NCBI GenBank assembly: GCA_964581995.1
Contig: CAZOQB010000008.1
Location: forward strand, 9,499 to 73,498
Direction: 5' to 3'
DNA length: 64,000 bases
DNA from: an uncultured Ignavibacteriaceae bacterium
GTDB lineage: Bacteria; Bacteroidota; Ignavibacteria; UBA10030; BY39
Under the pieces are notes generated by a model. It had not been told where the DNA came from. It was given only the letters and a program-made list of their open reading frames with translations, and made no database searches. This document shows, piece after piece, positions 30,520-41,362 of the stretch. A program made the position numbers and the translations under genes. The stretch's first letter is position 1, and every line of letters starts with the position of its first letter.

Positions 30520-33500
30520 GTGAACATTTCAAAAGATACTTCATATTTTAAGAAGTCATTTATCCCTTCTAAAAGCAGAATATTATTCTCTCTGCTATTT
30601 CTGATATTATTTGCTATATTAATTTTTACACCAAGCGAACGGGTTCAATCTTTCACGAATAACTACTCGCGAATAGATACAACCGAAACCGATTCAGACA
30701 CACTCGATATAGAAGAAGAAGAAGACACAGAAGAGGCGGTAGATCAGTATAGACCCTCATCCCGTGCAGACCGGCTGCACCAAGCCGATAATGATACGAC
30801 GTTGGATAATTTTCTCGAAAGAGATTCTACACAATCTCTGGCAATCGTTGATGAAGTGTTTGTAGATTCCTCAGCAAGAGTCGAGCAATTCATATACGAA
30901 CGAAGTGATATTCCGTACACAAACCCTTTTGCCAATCCACTCCATCCGTTATTTTTAGAAAACCGAACCACCGCTTATCGGTTGAACGTCGCACTTGACA
31001 GCACCGGAAAATATGTTACTCTCAACGAACAAATCTATGATAAGGATGTAAAAGTTCCTATCACATTGTCTCTCGACGATTACATCAATAAACGTCTTGA
31101 GTTTGAAAGATATAAAAACTGGAGGGCTTTAACACAAACTTACACCGAAAACAAAAAGGGCATTGGTCTTGGAGATTTATTTGGAACAATCACGAACATA
31201 GATATACCCGTCCCATCCGTTCCGCTATTGAGTATTTTTGGACCGCCGAGAATAAATTTAAAAATCAACGGGGCGGTCGATATACGCGCCGGTTTCCGAA
31301 GCCAAAAATCGGATCAGGCTACTATATCGCGGCAAGATCAGGTTCGCAACGAACCGAACTTCAATCAGGAAGTTCAGATAAACGTGAACGGAACTATCGG
31401 AGATAAGCTCAACATACTCGCCGACTGGAATACGCAAAGAACGTTCGAGTACGAAAACCAATTGAAGTTAAAGTACACCGGCTACGAGGATGAGATAATT
31501 CAAAGCATCGAAGCCGGTAATGTTTCATTAGCCTCGCCTGCTTCATTCGTTGGCAGCAGTCAGGCGTTGTTCGGTATTAAAGGAAAATTCCAGTTAGGTC
31601 CACTCACATTACAAACGGTTATGTCTCAGAAAAAGGGTCAAACAAAAGAGTTGACTGCCGCGGGCGGCGCTCGAGAAATACCGTTCGAAATTAAAGCTTA
31701 TAATTATTCACAAAACCACTATTTTTTAGATACCCTATATAGAAGTATATTCGAGAGTTTTTATTCCTCCTACAATGCGCAGATTTCATCAAATATGCTT
31801 TCATACCAGGTTATTGAGATTGAAGTTTGGAAAACTAAAATTGGATACATTTCTCAATCTAACGAAATAGTAGTGCAAGGTACTGCCTATTTAGATTTAC
31901 CTTACTTGTATCCAAATGAAAAGTATCCGGATTCGTTAAGAGATAAAAGTTCAGGTGAAAATATTGAAAACGCAAGATGGTTAAAACTCCAACCGAATGA
32001 ATTTAAATACAACAAGTATGCGGGTTATCTTTCTTTAAATTCATCATTGTCCGACAACGAAGCTTTAGCGGTAGCTTTTCGAACATCGGGTCCAACGGGT
32101 AATCCGGATGATGATTTTATGTACGGTGAGTTTGCCGGCTCTGATACCTCTAAAAAAATAATACTAAAATTAATAAAACCTAAAAAAAGTTTAAGTCCAA
32201 ACGATAAAGTAAGCTGGAATTTAATGCTTAAAAACATATACTCGCTTGGCGGCAGCAATCTAAAAAAAGAAGGATTTAAACTTAATATAATACGCGAAGA
32301 AGGCGGAGTAAGCGACAGAACCGATGTACTGGGATATGAACTGCTGCAAGTATTAGGACTTGATAAATATAGTGCCGATGGTTCCCCAAATCCCGACAAT
32401 GAATTTGATTACCTTCCGGGCTATACGGTAGATGAAGCTCGTGCAGAAATTATATTTCCGTCACTTGAACCGTTTAAAAAAACAACCCGTGAATATCTGC
32501 TGTCGAAAGGACAGCCTGAAAGTGTGATTGATTCTCTCACGTTTCCGGAAATTTATGACTCAATACGTTATTATGCTGAACGTAGCATCAACAGTAAATA
32601 CATACTTAGGGGAAAATCCTCTACAGAAATGCGAAGCAAATATCCTCTCGGATTCAACATCGTTGAAGGAAGCGTTCAGGTATTACTCGATGGCACTCCT
32701 CTCGCCCCCAATGTTGACTACTCGGTCGATTATATGATTGGAGAAGTCATTATACGTAATCCGAGGGCGCTCGTACCCGGCGCAAATCTTCAGATCAAAT
32801 ACGAGCAGAACGATTTATTCCAGCTCGCATCTAAAACTTTAATCGGTGCTCGCGGTGAAATAGACCCGTTCCCAAACACCAAACTCGGCTTCACTATAAT
32901 GAATCTGAATCAGGAAACGCTCAGCGATAAAGTCAGATTAAATGAGGAGCCTACCAATAACTCAATCTTCGGTGTGGACGCTATGACTTCATTCAACCTG
33001 GGTTTTTTAACAAGCGCTGTTGATGCGCTTCCGCTTATTAAGACCAAGGAAATGTCAACCATAAAATTTGCGGGTGAAGCTGCATACATGCTTCCAGACC
33101 CAAACACAAAGAAAAGTCCGATAGCAGGCGATAAAGGATCTGGAATTGCATACATAGACGACTTCGAAGGGGCGCGGCGTAATATGCCTTTCGGCGTTAG
33201 TTATTCTATCTGGAAACTTGCAAGTCCTCCTGCAAACTCCAAACTCGGTAACATACCTGATTCAATAAAAGCATACTCCAGGGCAGAACTTCAATGGTAT
33301 AATAAGCTCCCCAGTGATGTCTTAATAACAGATATTTGGCCCAATAAAAGCGTTCGTCTCGGACAAGAACAAGTCACAGTTTTAAACTTTGATTACTTCC
33401 CTAAAGAGCGCGGAACATACAATTACTCGAAGAACTTAGATTCTACTCTGCTGCAAGACCCTACAAAAAACTGGGGTGGTGTAATGAAATTTTTAGGTGG

Positions 33501-36500
33501 TTCGGGAACAAATATAATTGAACAAAATATTAACTACATCGAAATTTGGTTAAAAACAGAAAACATAGCAGGTCAGGCACTACCCGATTTACGAAAGGGT
33601 CGCCTCTTTATCAACTTAGGCAAAATTAGTGAAGATGTTATACCCAACAATAAATTGAATTCCGAAGACCTTGTTAAAAGCACTTTTCCAAACGGCGTCC
33701 TGAATCCTGGTGAGGATGTTGGATTAGATATGTTGACAGATGAACAAGAAAGAGCTGCTTACGCTTCACTAATTGAAAAATATCCTTCGTTAGCTTCCGA
33801 CCCGAGCGGCGACAACTGGTCTTACTCAACGGGCGGTAAAGATTTCAGCCGAATCAACGAAACACAAGGAAACGAACCAAGCGCTGAAGGTAGATTCCCT
33901 GACACCGAAGACCTAAACGCTAATGGCGATGTCGACCTCACCAATAGCTATATTGAATATGAAATTCCTGTAGATACCTCTTATATTGATTCGCTTGGCT
34001 TTGAAAGAAACAATGAATTCATAACCGGCGGTGGTACACAAGGATGGTATCAAATTCGCGTACCGCTAACTGATTATACACGATTGGTTGCTCAAGGCAC
34101 TGAAACTTCTGTTCAAATTCTACAAAATCTACAATATATTCGAATGTGGGTATCAGGTTTTGATGAACCCGTTCGATTTCGCATAGCTGAAGTTGGTCTT
34201 GTAGGTAACCAGTGGCAGGAATCAAACAAAGCAGATACTGTTCTTAAAGTATCTGTTGTCAATATCGAAGATAATCCTGCATATACAAGTCCGCCCGGTG
34301 TAATTCGTGAGCGCGATAGAACTCAACCTGACCAAGAAGTATTAGGAAACGAGCAATCGCTTACACTAATCATAAACGGTTTACCGGATGGACAGAACAG
34401 AGATGTTTTTAAAAATTATTCTTACCGTGCGCTCGATGTATTCAACTACAAGACGATGAAGATGTTTGTTTATGGCGACCCAAAGTTTGTTTTCCTCGAT
34501 ACGAGTAACTACGATGCCGAAGTATATTTACGATTCGGATTGGATTCATTAAACTACTACGAATATCGAGCACCACTCCATCAAGGATGGGACCCTCCAA
34601 ACAACGAAGTCGTTATTAGGTTTGCTGATTTAACTGCAATCAAAGAAGGGCGTGATTCGGTACAAAAACGGTCGAACCCTGTTCCAGTAAACGGCGGACC
34701 TCCGGGCGCTACGTATTCAGTTCGTGGGAACCCTGCCCTTACTAACATTCGGTTTATTTGGGTGGGAGTTGAAAATCCACTCAATAAAGGCACAGGTTTA
34801 CCGCTCACAGGCGAAGTATGGATAAACGAATTACGTGTCTCGGATGTTGACGATACTCCCGGCTGGGCATACCGATTCGATACGCAGCTAAAGATTGCAG
34901 ACTTCGGAAATGCGGCTTTTAATTATTCTAAAGTTGATCCTTACTTCCACGGACTCGACCAGCGATTCGGCTCGCGCACAACCGGTGTAAACTGGGCTGC
35001 AAGCGCTAATTTTTCTCTCGATAAATTCTTCTCGGAGGAATGGCAGGGAACATCTATTCCGTTTAGCTATTCTCACACGGAAAATATTTCAAAGCCCCAA
35101 TACCTTCCAAATACCGATATACGTGTAGACCAGGCTGCTGAACGTGCTTCTCAAGCTGTTTTACAAAACGGCGGAACTTCTCAAGAAGCGGAAGAAGTAA
35201 AAACCGAGATACTCACACAAGCTCAATCGGTACGTAATTCAGATTCTTATGCGGTTCCGAACTTTCGCATAAACTTTCCATCATCGGCATGGTACGTAAG
35301 GGAAACTGTAAATAAATTAAGCTGGTCGTTTAATTACACAAAATCATTCGAACGAAACCCTATGATAGCCAACAGAACAGCCTGGGCTTGGAGTGGTAGA
35401 GGTGGTTATGCTGTGAACCTTCCCGCAGATTTTTATTTTTCTCCTTTTACAAAATTATTCGACGGTGTTTACCTTTTAGACGAATACAAGAACTATAAAA
35501 TATTTTTTATACCGATAACAAGCTTCAACGCGGGTATCTCTGCCCAACGTGGCCAGACACGCGAAACCGCACGCTTACAAACCGCACAAAGACCAGTTAC
35601 ACGTAACTTTAGCGCAAACAGGTCATTATCCTTTGGATGGAAGTTGACTGAAGGTGGTCTGCTGAGTATTGCTGGTGATTACGGCCTTAGCATCGAAAGC
35701 ATTCTATCACATCTTGAGACTGATACTTCTGGACAGCAGAGGCCCTTCACCGATATACTGAAGGATATATTCAAGACAAACAAGATAATAAATTTCGGAC
35801 GCGACGCGCGTTATGGGCAGCGTATAACGATAAATTCCAAGCCGAAGATTCCAAATATTTTCGACATCAATAAGTATCTGGATCTAACATTCGGTTACAA
35901 CGTAAACTATAGCTGGCAAAACAATTTCCAATCGGGCGATATCGGTAAGAGTGCAGGTTGGGATAACAACATTAATTTTTCATCTAATTTCAGATTGAAG
36001 GCATTGACCGACCCGTGGTTCGTAGTCAAGGATGAACCGGTAGGGCAACCCAAGATTAATGCGCCTACTCGAAGTCGTCAGCGTGAGTTAGCTGAAGAAT
36101 CGGATATTCCAAAAGACTCGACTGGTACTGCGATTCAGGATACAACACCAACACCAAAGACACCGAGTAAAATCTGGGGACAACTGAGAAACCTTACAAA
36201 AATATTTATTAAATACCCGCTTCTTGATTACGAAACAATAAATATTACTTACGCACAAACGAATCGATCTGGAAACGGCGGAATTCGTGGAAGCACCGGC
36301 CTTATGAACTTCTGGGGTCGCGCGCCATTCCAGGAAGCCAATCCTGAATACGGTCCATCACGTTTGTATCAATTGGGAATTATTTCTGACCCCAGCGGGA
36401 CGCTTAACACGAAAACAACATCCGGCTTCCCATTCTTAAAATTTGAGACCACAAAAGGACTTAGAGCTGCCAACGCTTCGCTGCAAGATCAGTTTGCTCA

Positions 36501-37509
36501 GACTAATCGAATTCAACTCAGAACCAACCGACCGTTATGGGAAGGAGCTACATTAGACCTTAACTGGAGTTTAAGCTGGTCTTTCAATAAAGTAACTACG
36601 ATAAACACTGACCCTGAAGGAGTCCCAACAATCAGTTCGGTTGCTGTTTCAGGTAACGTGGAGAGGTCTTACTTTACTTTACCACCAGTTTTACTCTTTA
36701 AGATGTTAAAAAGTAATTTAGAAGAAGTCGGGAAAAAATATAATCAAAGAAAAGCAGATGCTAGTGATACAGCACCCGATGACGTAAAGTTAGCTGAATC
36801 TTTCGAGCAAGGCATGGAAGCCTTACCTTTATTGAGTAAAATTATCGGTCCTCTTGCGCCGCGAGCTAATTACGCTCTACGTTGGGATGGTTTAGAAAAA
36901 GTTTTAGGTGTTACGAGTTATTTCGACCGCATACAATTAGACCATGCTTATACATCTAACTTTACGAAACAGTGGCGTGGAAACCCAAACGGCGGCGAGC
37001 GAACTGAAGGAGAACGCATAAATTTTGGATTCTCTCCTCTGCTTGGGCTTAATACCACCATGAAAGAATTATTGAAGGGCAATTTTACCGCCTCTTTACG
37101 TTACAACACTACTACGGCTTACGACCTTAACATCGCCGCGAGAAATATTATGAGTACTTTAGCACAAGAACTTTCAGTATCGTTAAGTTACTCCAGACGC
37201 GGTTTCGAGTTCCCGCTTTTCGGTCTTTCATTGAGCAACGATTTAGATATTAGCGCAACTTACTCATCTACTCATAACTCACGTACTACTTACGAAATAA
37301 GTCAACTGGAAACAAACCCGGACGGAACCCCGCTTGAAGGTACGACCAGAACAATGCTTGAGCCGAGAATTAAATATGTATTAAGCTCCCGCGTCACAGC
37401 CTCGATATTCTATAGATATACTAAAATCGCACCCGACGAAGGCGGATCTCTAATACCGGGCACCACCACGAATGAAGGTGGTTTAGACTTGAGGATTGCA
37501 ATTCAATAA
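30520..37509 (+). CDS. sprA: SprA/Sov-like giant outer-membrane protein (T9SS translocon)
   Basis: 2329 aa. Single ORF with GTG start, N-terminal hydrophobic signal/anchor, Asp/Glu-rich linker, then a very long beta-rich body. Size and architecture match SprA. Other T9SS components and cargo are in the window. Confidence 0.7.
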   Translation: MNISKDTSYFKKSFIPSKSRILFSLLFLILFAILIFTPSERVQSFTNNYSRIDTTETDSDTLDIEEEEDTEEAVDQYRPSSRADRLHQADNDTTLDNFLERDSTQSLAIVDEVFVDSSARVEQFIYERSDIPYTNPFANPLHPLFLENRTTAYRLNVALDSTGKYVTLNEQIYDKDVKVPITLSLDDYINKRLEFERYKNWRALTQTYTENKKGIGLGDLFGTITNIDIPVPSVPLLSIFGPPRINLKINGAVDIRAGFRSQKSDQATISRQDQVRNEPNFNQEVQINVNGTIGDKLNILADWNTQRTFEYENQLKLKYTGYEDEIIQSIEAGNVSLASPASFVGSSQALFGIKGKFQLGPLTLQTVMSQKKGQTKELTAAGGAREIPFEIKAYNYSQNHYFLDTLYRSIFESFYSSYNAQISSNMLSYQVIEIEVWKTKIGYISQSNEIVVQGTAYLDLPYLYPNEKYPDSLRDKSSGENIENARWLKLQPNEFKYNKYAGYLSLNSSLSDNEALAVAFRTSGPTGNPDDDFMYGEFAGSDTSKKIILKLIKPKKSLSPNDKVSWNLMLKNIYSLGGSNLKKEGFKLNIIREEGGVSDRTDVLGYELLQVLGLDKYSADGSPNPDNEFDYLPGYTVDEARAEIIFPSLEPFKKTTREYLLSKGQPESVIDSLTFPEIYDSIRYYAERSINSKYILRGKSSTEMRSKYPLGFNIVEGSVQVLLDGTPLAPNVDYSVDYMIGEVIIRNPRALVPGANLQIKYEQNDLFQLASKTLIGARGEIDPFPNTKLGFTIMNLNQETLSDKVRLNEEPTNNSIFGVDAMTSFNLGFLTSAVDALPLIKTKEMSTIKFAGEAAYMLPDPNTKKSPIAGDKGSGIAYIDDFEGARRNMPFGVSYSIWKLASPPANSKLGNIPDSIKAYSRAELQWYNKLPSDVLITDIWPNKSVRLGQEQVTVLNFDYFPKERGTYNYSKNLDSTLLQDPTKNWGGVMKFLGGSGTNIIEQNINYIEIWLKTENIAGQALPDLRKGRLFINLGKISEDVIPNNKLNSEDLVKSTFPNGVLNPGEDVGLDMLTDEQERAAYASLIEKYPSLASDPSGDNWSYSTGGKDFSRINETQGNEPSAEGRFPDTEDLNANGDVDLTNSYIEYEIPVDTSYIDSLGFERNNEFITGGGTQGWYQIRVPLTDYTRLVAQGTETSVQILQNLQYIRMWVSGFDEPVRFRIAEVGLVGNQWQESNKADTVLKVSVVNIEDNPAYTSPPGVIRERDRTQPDQEVLGNEQSLTLIINGLPDGQNRDVFKNYSYRALDVFNYKTMKMFVYGDPKFVFLDTSNYDAEVYLRFGLDSLNYYEYRAPLHQGWDPPNNEVVIRFADLTAIKEGRDSVQKRSNPVPVNGGPPGATYSVRGNPALTNIRFIWVGVENPLNKGTGLPLTGEVWINELRVSDVDDTPGWAYRFDTQLKIADFGNAAFNYSKVDPYFHGLDQRFGSRTTGVNWAASANFSLDKFFSEEWQGTSIPFSYSHTENISKPQYLPNTDIRVDQAAERASQAVLQNGGTSQEAEEVKTEILTQAQSVRNSDSYAVPNFRINFPSSAWYVRETVNKLSWSFNYTKSFERNPMIANRTAWAWSGRGGYAVNLPADFYFSPFTKLFDGVYLLDEYKNYKIFFIPITSFNAGISAQRGQTRETARLQTAQRPVTRNFSANRSLSFGWKLTEGGLLSIAGDYGLSIESILSHLETDTSGQQRPFTDILKDIFKTNKIINFGRDARYGQRITINSKPKIPNIFDINKYLDLTFGYNVNYSWQNNFQSGDIGKSAGWDNNINFSSNFRLKALTDPWFVVKDEPVGQPKINAPTRSRQRELAEESDIPKDSTGTAIQDTTPTPKTPSKIWGQLRNLTKIFIKYPLLDYETINITYAQTNRSGNGGIRGSTGLMNFWGRAPFQEANPEYGPSRLYQLGIISDPSGTLNTKTTSGFPFLKFETTKGLRAANASLQDQFAQTNRIQLRTNRPLWEGATLDLNWSLSWSFNKVTTINTDPEGVPTISSVAVSGNVERSYFTLPPVLLFKMLKSNLEEVGKKYNQRKADASDTAPDDVKLAESFEQGMEALPLLSKIIGPLAPRANYALRWDGLEKVLGVTSYFDRIQLDHAYTSNFTKQWRGNPNGGERTEGERINFGFSPLLGLNTTMKELLKGNFTASLRYNTTTAYDLNIAARNIMSTLAQELSVSLSYSRRGFEFPLFGLSLSNDLDISATYSSTHNSRTTYEISQLETNPDGTPLEGTTRTMLEPRIKYVLSSRVTASIFYRYTKIAPDEGGSLIPGTTTNEGGLDLRIAIQ

Positions 37510-37604
37510 GTTATTTAATTTTCTTGACTATCTTCACATTTTTGGCTATATTTTAAGGCATTTTTTATAATACTATCGTTTTTCAGCGTTCTTAGTAAGA
37601 TTTA

Positions 37605-38159
37605 TTGATGAAACTACAACAGAATATATCAAAAGTTAGAGGAACAGTGGGAGATTTGAGAATCAACATCTCGAACCTTTCCTATGGAATTCACAATTAT
37701 AAACTAAGCACTGAGCCAAAGTATATAGGATTAGATGAAAGATTCAACAAACCCATCGATGTTGAAGTTGAATTAGATAAATCATCTTCTCAGATCTATT
37801 TTGAAGCTACCATCAATGCTGACGGTAGTTTTGAATGCGATAGATGTTTAAATGAATTCGAAATGCATATCGGTACTAAATTCGAGATGGTGTACATGTA
37901 TCGTCAAACATCAGACCTCGAAGAAATATCGGATGACGTGCGTATTATCGGTCCCGACACAAACCTGATCGACCTTGCTGAAGATGTGCGCGAATTTACA
38001 ATGTTAGCTTTACCGATAAAAATACTTTGTTCCGATGACTGTGCAGGACTCTGCCCAACGTGCGGAACGAATCTCAATGAGAAAAAATGTTCCTGCAATG
38101 TCGAAGAACCAGATAGCTATTGGGAACCTTTATCGAAACTATTAAAAGACACAAAATAA
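37605..38159 (+). CDS. yceD: YceD/DUF177 family protein (upstream partner of rpmF)
   Basis: 184 aa. C-terminal Cys cluster CDRC...CSDDCAGLCPTCGTNLN..CSC. Conserved yceD-rpmF-plsX synteny. Confidence 0.75.
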   Translation: MMKLQQNISKVRGTVGDLRINISNLSYGIHNYKLSTEPKYIGLDERFNKPIDVEVELDKSSSQIYFEATINADGSFECDRCLNEFEMHIGTKFEMVYMYRQTSDLEEISDDVRIIGPDTNLIDLAEDVREFTMLALPIKILCSDDCAGLCPTCGTNLNEKKCSCNVEEPDSYWEPLSKLLKDTK

Positions 38160-38186
38160 GATTATTAACCATACGGAGATAAATTA

Positions 38187-38372
38187 ATGCCAAATCCAAA
38201 ACGAAGACATTCAAAAACACGCGGCGCAAAACGCCGAACACATTACAAAGCTCATGCGCCGGCAATAAGCGAATGCCCAAACTGCCACGAACATAAACTA
38301 CAACATCGTATTTGTCCGAACTGCGGTTTTTATAACGGTAAATCTGTAATTATTCCAAAAGAAACAAAATAG
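38187..38372 (+). CDS. rpmF: 50S ribosomal protein L32
   Basis: 61 aa. [12 protein letters not shown], Zn-ribbon CPNCHE..CPNCG. Confidence 0.9.
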   Translation: MPNPKRRHSKTRGAKRRTHYKAHAPAISECPNCHEHKLQHRICPNCGFYNGKSVIIPKETK

Positions 38373-38409
38373 ATACTAGTTTCTTCGATAATCAAATTTC
38401 AATTGCTCA

Positions 38410-39432
38410 TTGCGCAACGAGAACAAAAAAATAAAAATAGTTGTAGATGCTATGGGTGGAGATTATGCCCCTGCTAATGTAGTCGCAGGAACAATCCAAG
38501 CCCTGACCGAGAGTAAAAGTAGATTTGAAGTAATACTCGTTGGGCGTGAAAACGAAATCCAATCTGAATTAAAAAAATTTAATACAAAGAACTTAGATTT
38601 CACAGTCGTCAATGCTTCCGAAGTGATCGATATGCACGACTCGCCCACCGCGGCTCTTAAACAAAAGAAGGATTCATCCATCATCGTTGGTCTAACGCTT
38701 CATAAAGAAGGCAAAGCCGATGCTTTTATCAGCGCCGGCAATACTGGCGCTGTTATGTCTGTTTCCACAATAGTCCTTGGAAGAACTAACGGTGTAAGCC
38801 GCCCAACTATTGGTACATTCTTTCCTACAGATAAAGGACCTTCTCTGATTCTTGATGCTGGCGCTAATGTCGATTGCAAACCTCAACACCTCCTTGAATT
38901 TGGAATAATGGGAAGTATTTATGCCAGTTACATTTTCGGTTACCAAAATCCTACCGTCAGTATTTTGAATATAGGCGAAGAAGAAACCAAAGGAAATGAA
39001 TCTACTTCAGAAGCATACAAACTTCTAAAAGCGAGTAAATTAAACTTTATCGGAAACATTGAAGGCAGAGATATTTTAAAAGGCAAGGCACAAGTTGTTG
39101 TCTGCGATGGCTTCGTCGGTAATGTATTACTAAAATTCGGAGAAAGTATCTTCGGGATGTTGAAATCAAAGTTACACAGTTTTGCATCTAAAAACATACT
39201 CAATAAAATAAAAGTAGGATTTGCATACAACACGCTCAAAACAATTTTGAAAGATTTTGATTATCAAGAGCACGGCGGCGTTCCGCTTTTGGGCGTGAAC
39301 GGTATTACAATCATAGGTCACGGAGGGTCAACGCCCAAAGCGATCAAGAATATGATATTCAGAGCCGAAGAAATGGCGCAAAAAGAAATTAACAGACATA
39401 TTGCCGAAATCATGTTAGATTATAAACAATAA
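38410..39432 (+). CDS. plsX: Phosphate acyltransferase PlsX
   Basis: 340 aa, TTG start. IVVDAMGGDYAP and GNVLLK motifs. Confidence 0.9.
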   Translation: MRNENKKIKIVVDAMGGDYAPANVVAGTIQALTESKSRFEVILVGRENEIQSELKKFNTKNLDFTVVNASEVIDMHDSPTAALKQKKDSSIIVGLTLHKEGKADAFISAGNTGAVMSVSTIVLGRTNGVSRPTIGTFFPTDKGPSLILDAGANVDCKPQHLLEFGIMGSIYASYIFGYQNPTVSILNIGEEETKGNESTSEAYKLLKASKLNFIGNIEGRDILKGKAQVVVCDGFVGNVLLKFGESIFGMLKSKLHSFASKNILNKIKVGFAYNTLKTILKDFDYQEHGGVPLLGVNGITIIGHGGSTPKAIKNMIFRAEEMAQKEINRHIAEIMLDYKQ

Positions 39433-40442
39433 TGAACAAGAATAAAAAAATAACCGCGGCTATAACTGCGGTAGGACATTACGTCCCTGAAAAAGTTTTG
39501 ACAAACCTAGAACTTGAAAAGATGGTCGACACTAGCGATGCGTGGATTCGTGAACGAACCGGCATATATGAACGACGCATACTCGAGAATGGCGCAAGCT
39601 CGGATATGGGCGCGGAAGCAGTGCGTGAAGTCCTCAAAAACCGAGGTATTGGAGCTGAAGAAATTGAAGTAATAATAGTCGCCACCGTAACACCGGATAT
39701 GATGTTCCCTCCTACTGCCACTATAATTCAAGAAAAAGTTGGTGCAAAAAAAGCTTGGGGATTTGATGTTGAAGCTGCCTGCTCGGGATTATTGTATTCA
39801 TTAATCATCGGCGCACAATTCATCGAATCTGGCAACTACAAAAAAGTATTAGTTGTGGGCACGGATAAAATGAGTTCGATAACCGATTATACCGACAGGA
39901 ACACTTGTATCCTGTTTGGCGATGCAGCAGCGGCGGTATTGCTTGAGCCATCAACCGATAGTAACATTGGATTACTCGATCACATTTTTTACTCCGATGG
40001 TTCCGGCTCTCAATTCTTACACATGAAAGCCGGTGGAAGTTTAAACCCTCCAACACATGAAACTGTGGATAAAAAAATGCACTACATATATCAAGACGGT
40101 AAAGCAGTTTTCAAAGTTGCTGTAGTCGGTATGGCTGATGTTTCGGCAGAAATTTTAGAACGCAACAACTTAACCGGAAATGATATAGATTACTTCGTCC
40201 CGCATCAAGCAAACCTCAGAATAATTGACGCGGCAGCGAACCGGATGGGTTTAGATAAATCCAAAGTAATGATAAATATAGACAGATACGGCAATACGAC
40301 TGCTGCAACCATACCGCTTTGTTTATCGGAGTGGTGGTTAGCAGGAAAAATAAAACGGGGCAGTACGCTTGTGCTTTCAAGTTTTGGAGCGGGTTATACA
40401 TGGGGTGCAATTTTATTAAAATGGGCTATCGACCCTAAATAA
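39432..40442 (+). CDS. fabH: Beta-ketoacyl-ACP synthase III
   Basis: 336 aa. Active-site AACSG, HQAN and N-x-x-x-GNTSAA-like motifs. Confidence 0.9.
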   Translation: MNKNKKITAAITAVGHYVPEKVLTNLELEKMVDTSDAWIRERTGIYERRILENGASSDMGAEAVREVLKNRGIGAEEIEVIIVATVTPDMMFPPTATIIQEKVGAKKAWGFDVEAACSGLLYSLIIGAQFIESGNYKKVLVVGTDKMSSITDYTDRNTCILFGDAAAAVLLEPSTDSNIGLLDHIFYSDGSGSQFLHMKAGGSLNPPTHETVDKKMHYIYQDGKAVFKVAVVGMADVSAEILERNNLTGNDIDYFVPHQANLRIIDAAANRMGLDKSKVMINIDRYGNTTAATIPLCLSEWWLAGKIKRGSTLVLSSFGAGYTWGAILLKWAIDPK

Positions 40443-41362
40443 TGTTTATGTCGAAATTAGCAGTCATATTTCCCGGTCAGGGTTCCCAGTACGTAGGTAT
40501 GGGAAAAGATTTATTCGAGAATAGCCAAACCGCTCGTGAGCTTTTCCAAAAAGCAGACGATGTTCTAAATTTATCTTTGAGTAAAATTTGTTTTGAAGGA
40601 CCTGAAGACGAACTCCGTCAAACAAAAAACACACAGCCGGCAATATTTTTACACAGCGCAGTTCTATTACGTCTTATAAAAAAAATGAACGCCGATTTTA
40701 CAGCGGGCCATTCACTCGGAGAATATACCTCTTTATTTTTTGCTGAATCAATAAACTTTGAAGATGCCTTAAAGATAGTTAGATTACGCGGTGAACTGAT
40801 GCAAAAAGCCGGCGAAGAACAACCAGGGACTCTCGCTGCGGTCGTGGGCTTAGAACCCGATGTTGTTCGACACGTTTGTATAGAAGCGAGCAAGGATGGA
40901 ATTGTACAATGCGCCAACTTCAACTCGCCGGGCCAAATTGTTATCAGCGGATCGATCGCAGGAGTTCGGAAAGCTATGTCGTTAGCAAAAGACAACGGCG
41001 CCAAAATGGTAAAGGAATTAGTCGTTAGCGGCGCATTCCATTCACCGTTGATGGAGTCGGCACAACAAGGTCTGACTAACGGTTTAAATTCCTCAAACAT
41101 CTCCGATGCGAAAATTCCTGTGTACACTAATGTCTCTGCTAAACCTATTAGAGCATCGCATGAAATACGTCAATCTTTACAGCGGCAACTCACAAGTGCA
41201 GTTTTGTGGGAAGACTCTATACGTAACATGATAAGCAACGGCGCCGATACATTTATTGAAATCGGTCCGGGAAAAGTATTACAAGGACTGATAAAAAGAA
41301 TTAACCCCGATGTTAAAACATTCGGAATTGATAAGTACAACGACTTACAACAAATTTCATAA
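40442..41362 (+). CDS. fabD: Malonyl CoA-ACP transacylase
   Basis: 306 aa. FPGQGSQ and GHSLGEY motifs. Confidence 0.9.
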   Translation: MFMSKLAVIFPGQGSQYVGMGKDLFENSQTARELFQKADDVLNLSLSKICFEGPEDELRQTKNTQPAIFLHSAVLLRLIKKMNADFTAGHSLGEYTSLFFAESINFEDALKIVRLRGELMQKAGEEQPGTLAAVVGLEPDVVRHVCIEASKDGIVQCANFNSPGQIVISGSIAGVRKAMSLAKDNGAKMVKELVVSGAFHSPLMESAQQGLTNGLNSSNISDAKIPVYTNVSAKPIRASHEIRQSLQRQLTSAVLWEDSIRNMISNGADTFIEIGPGKVLQGLIKRINPDVKTFGIDKYNDLQQIS

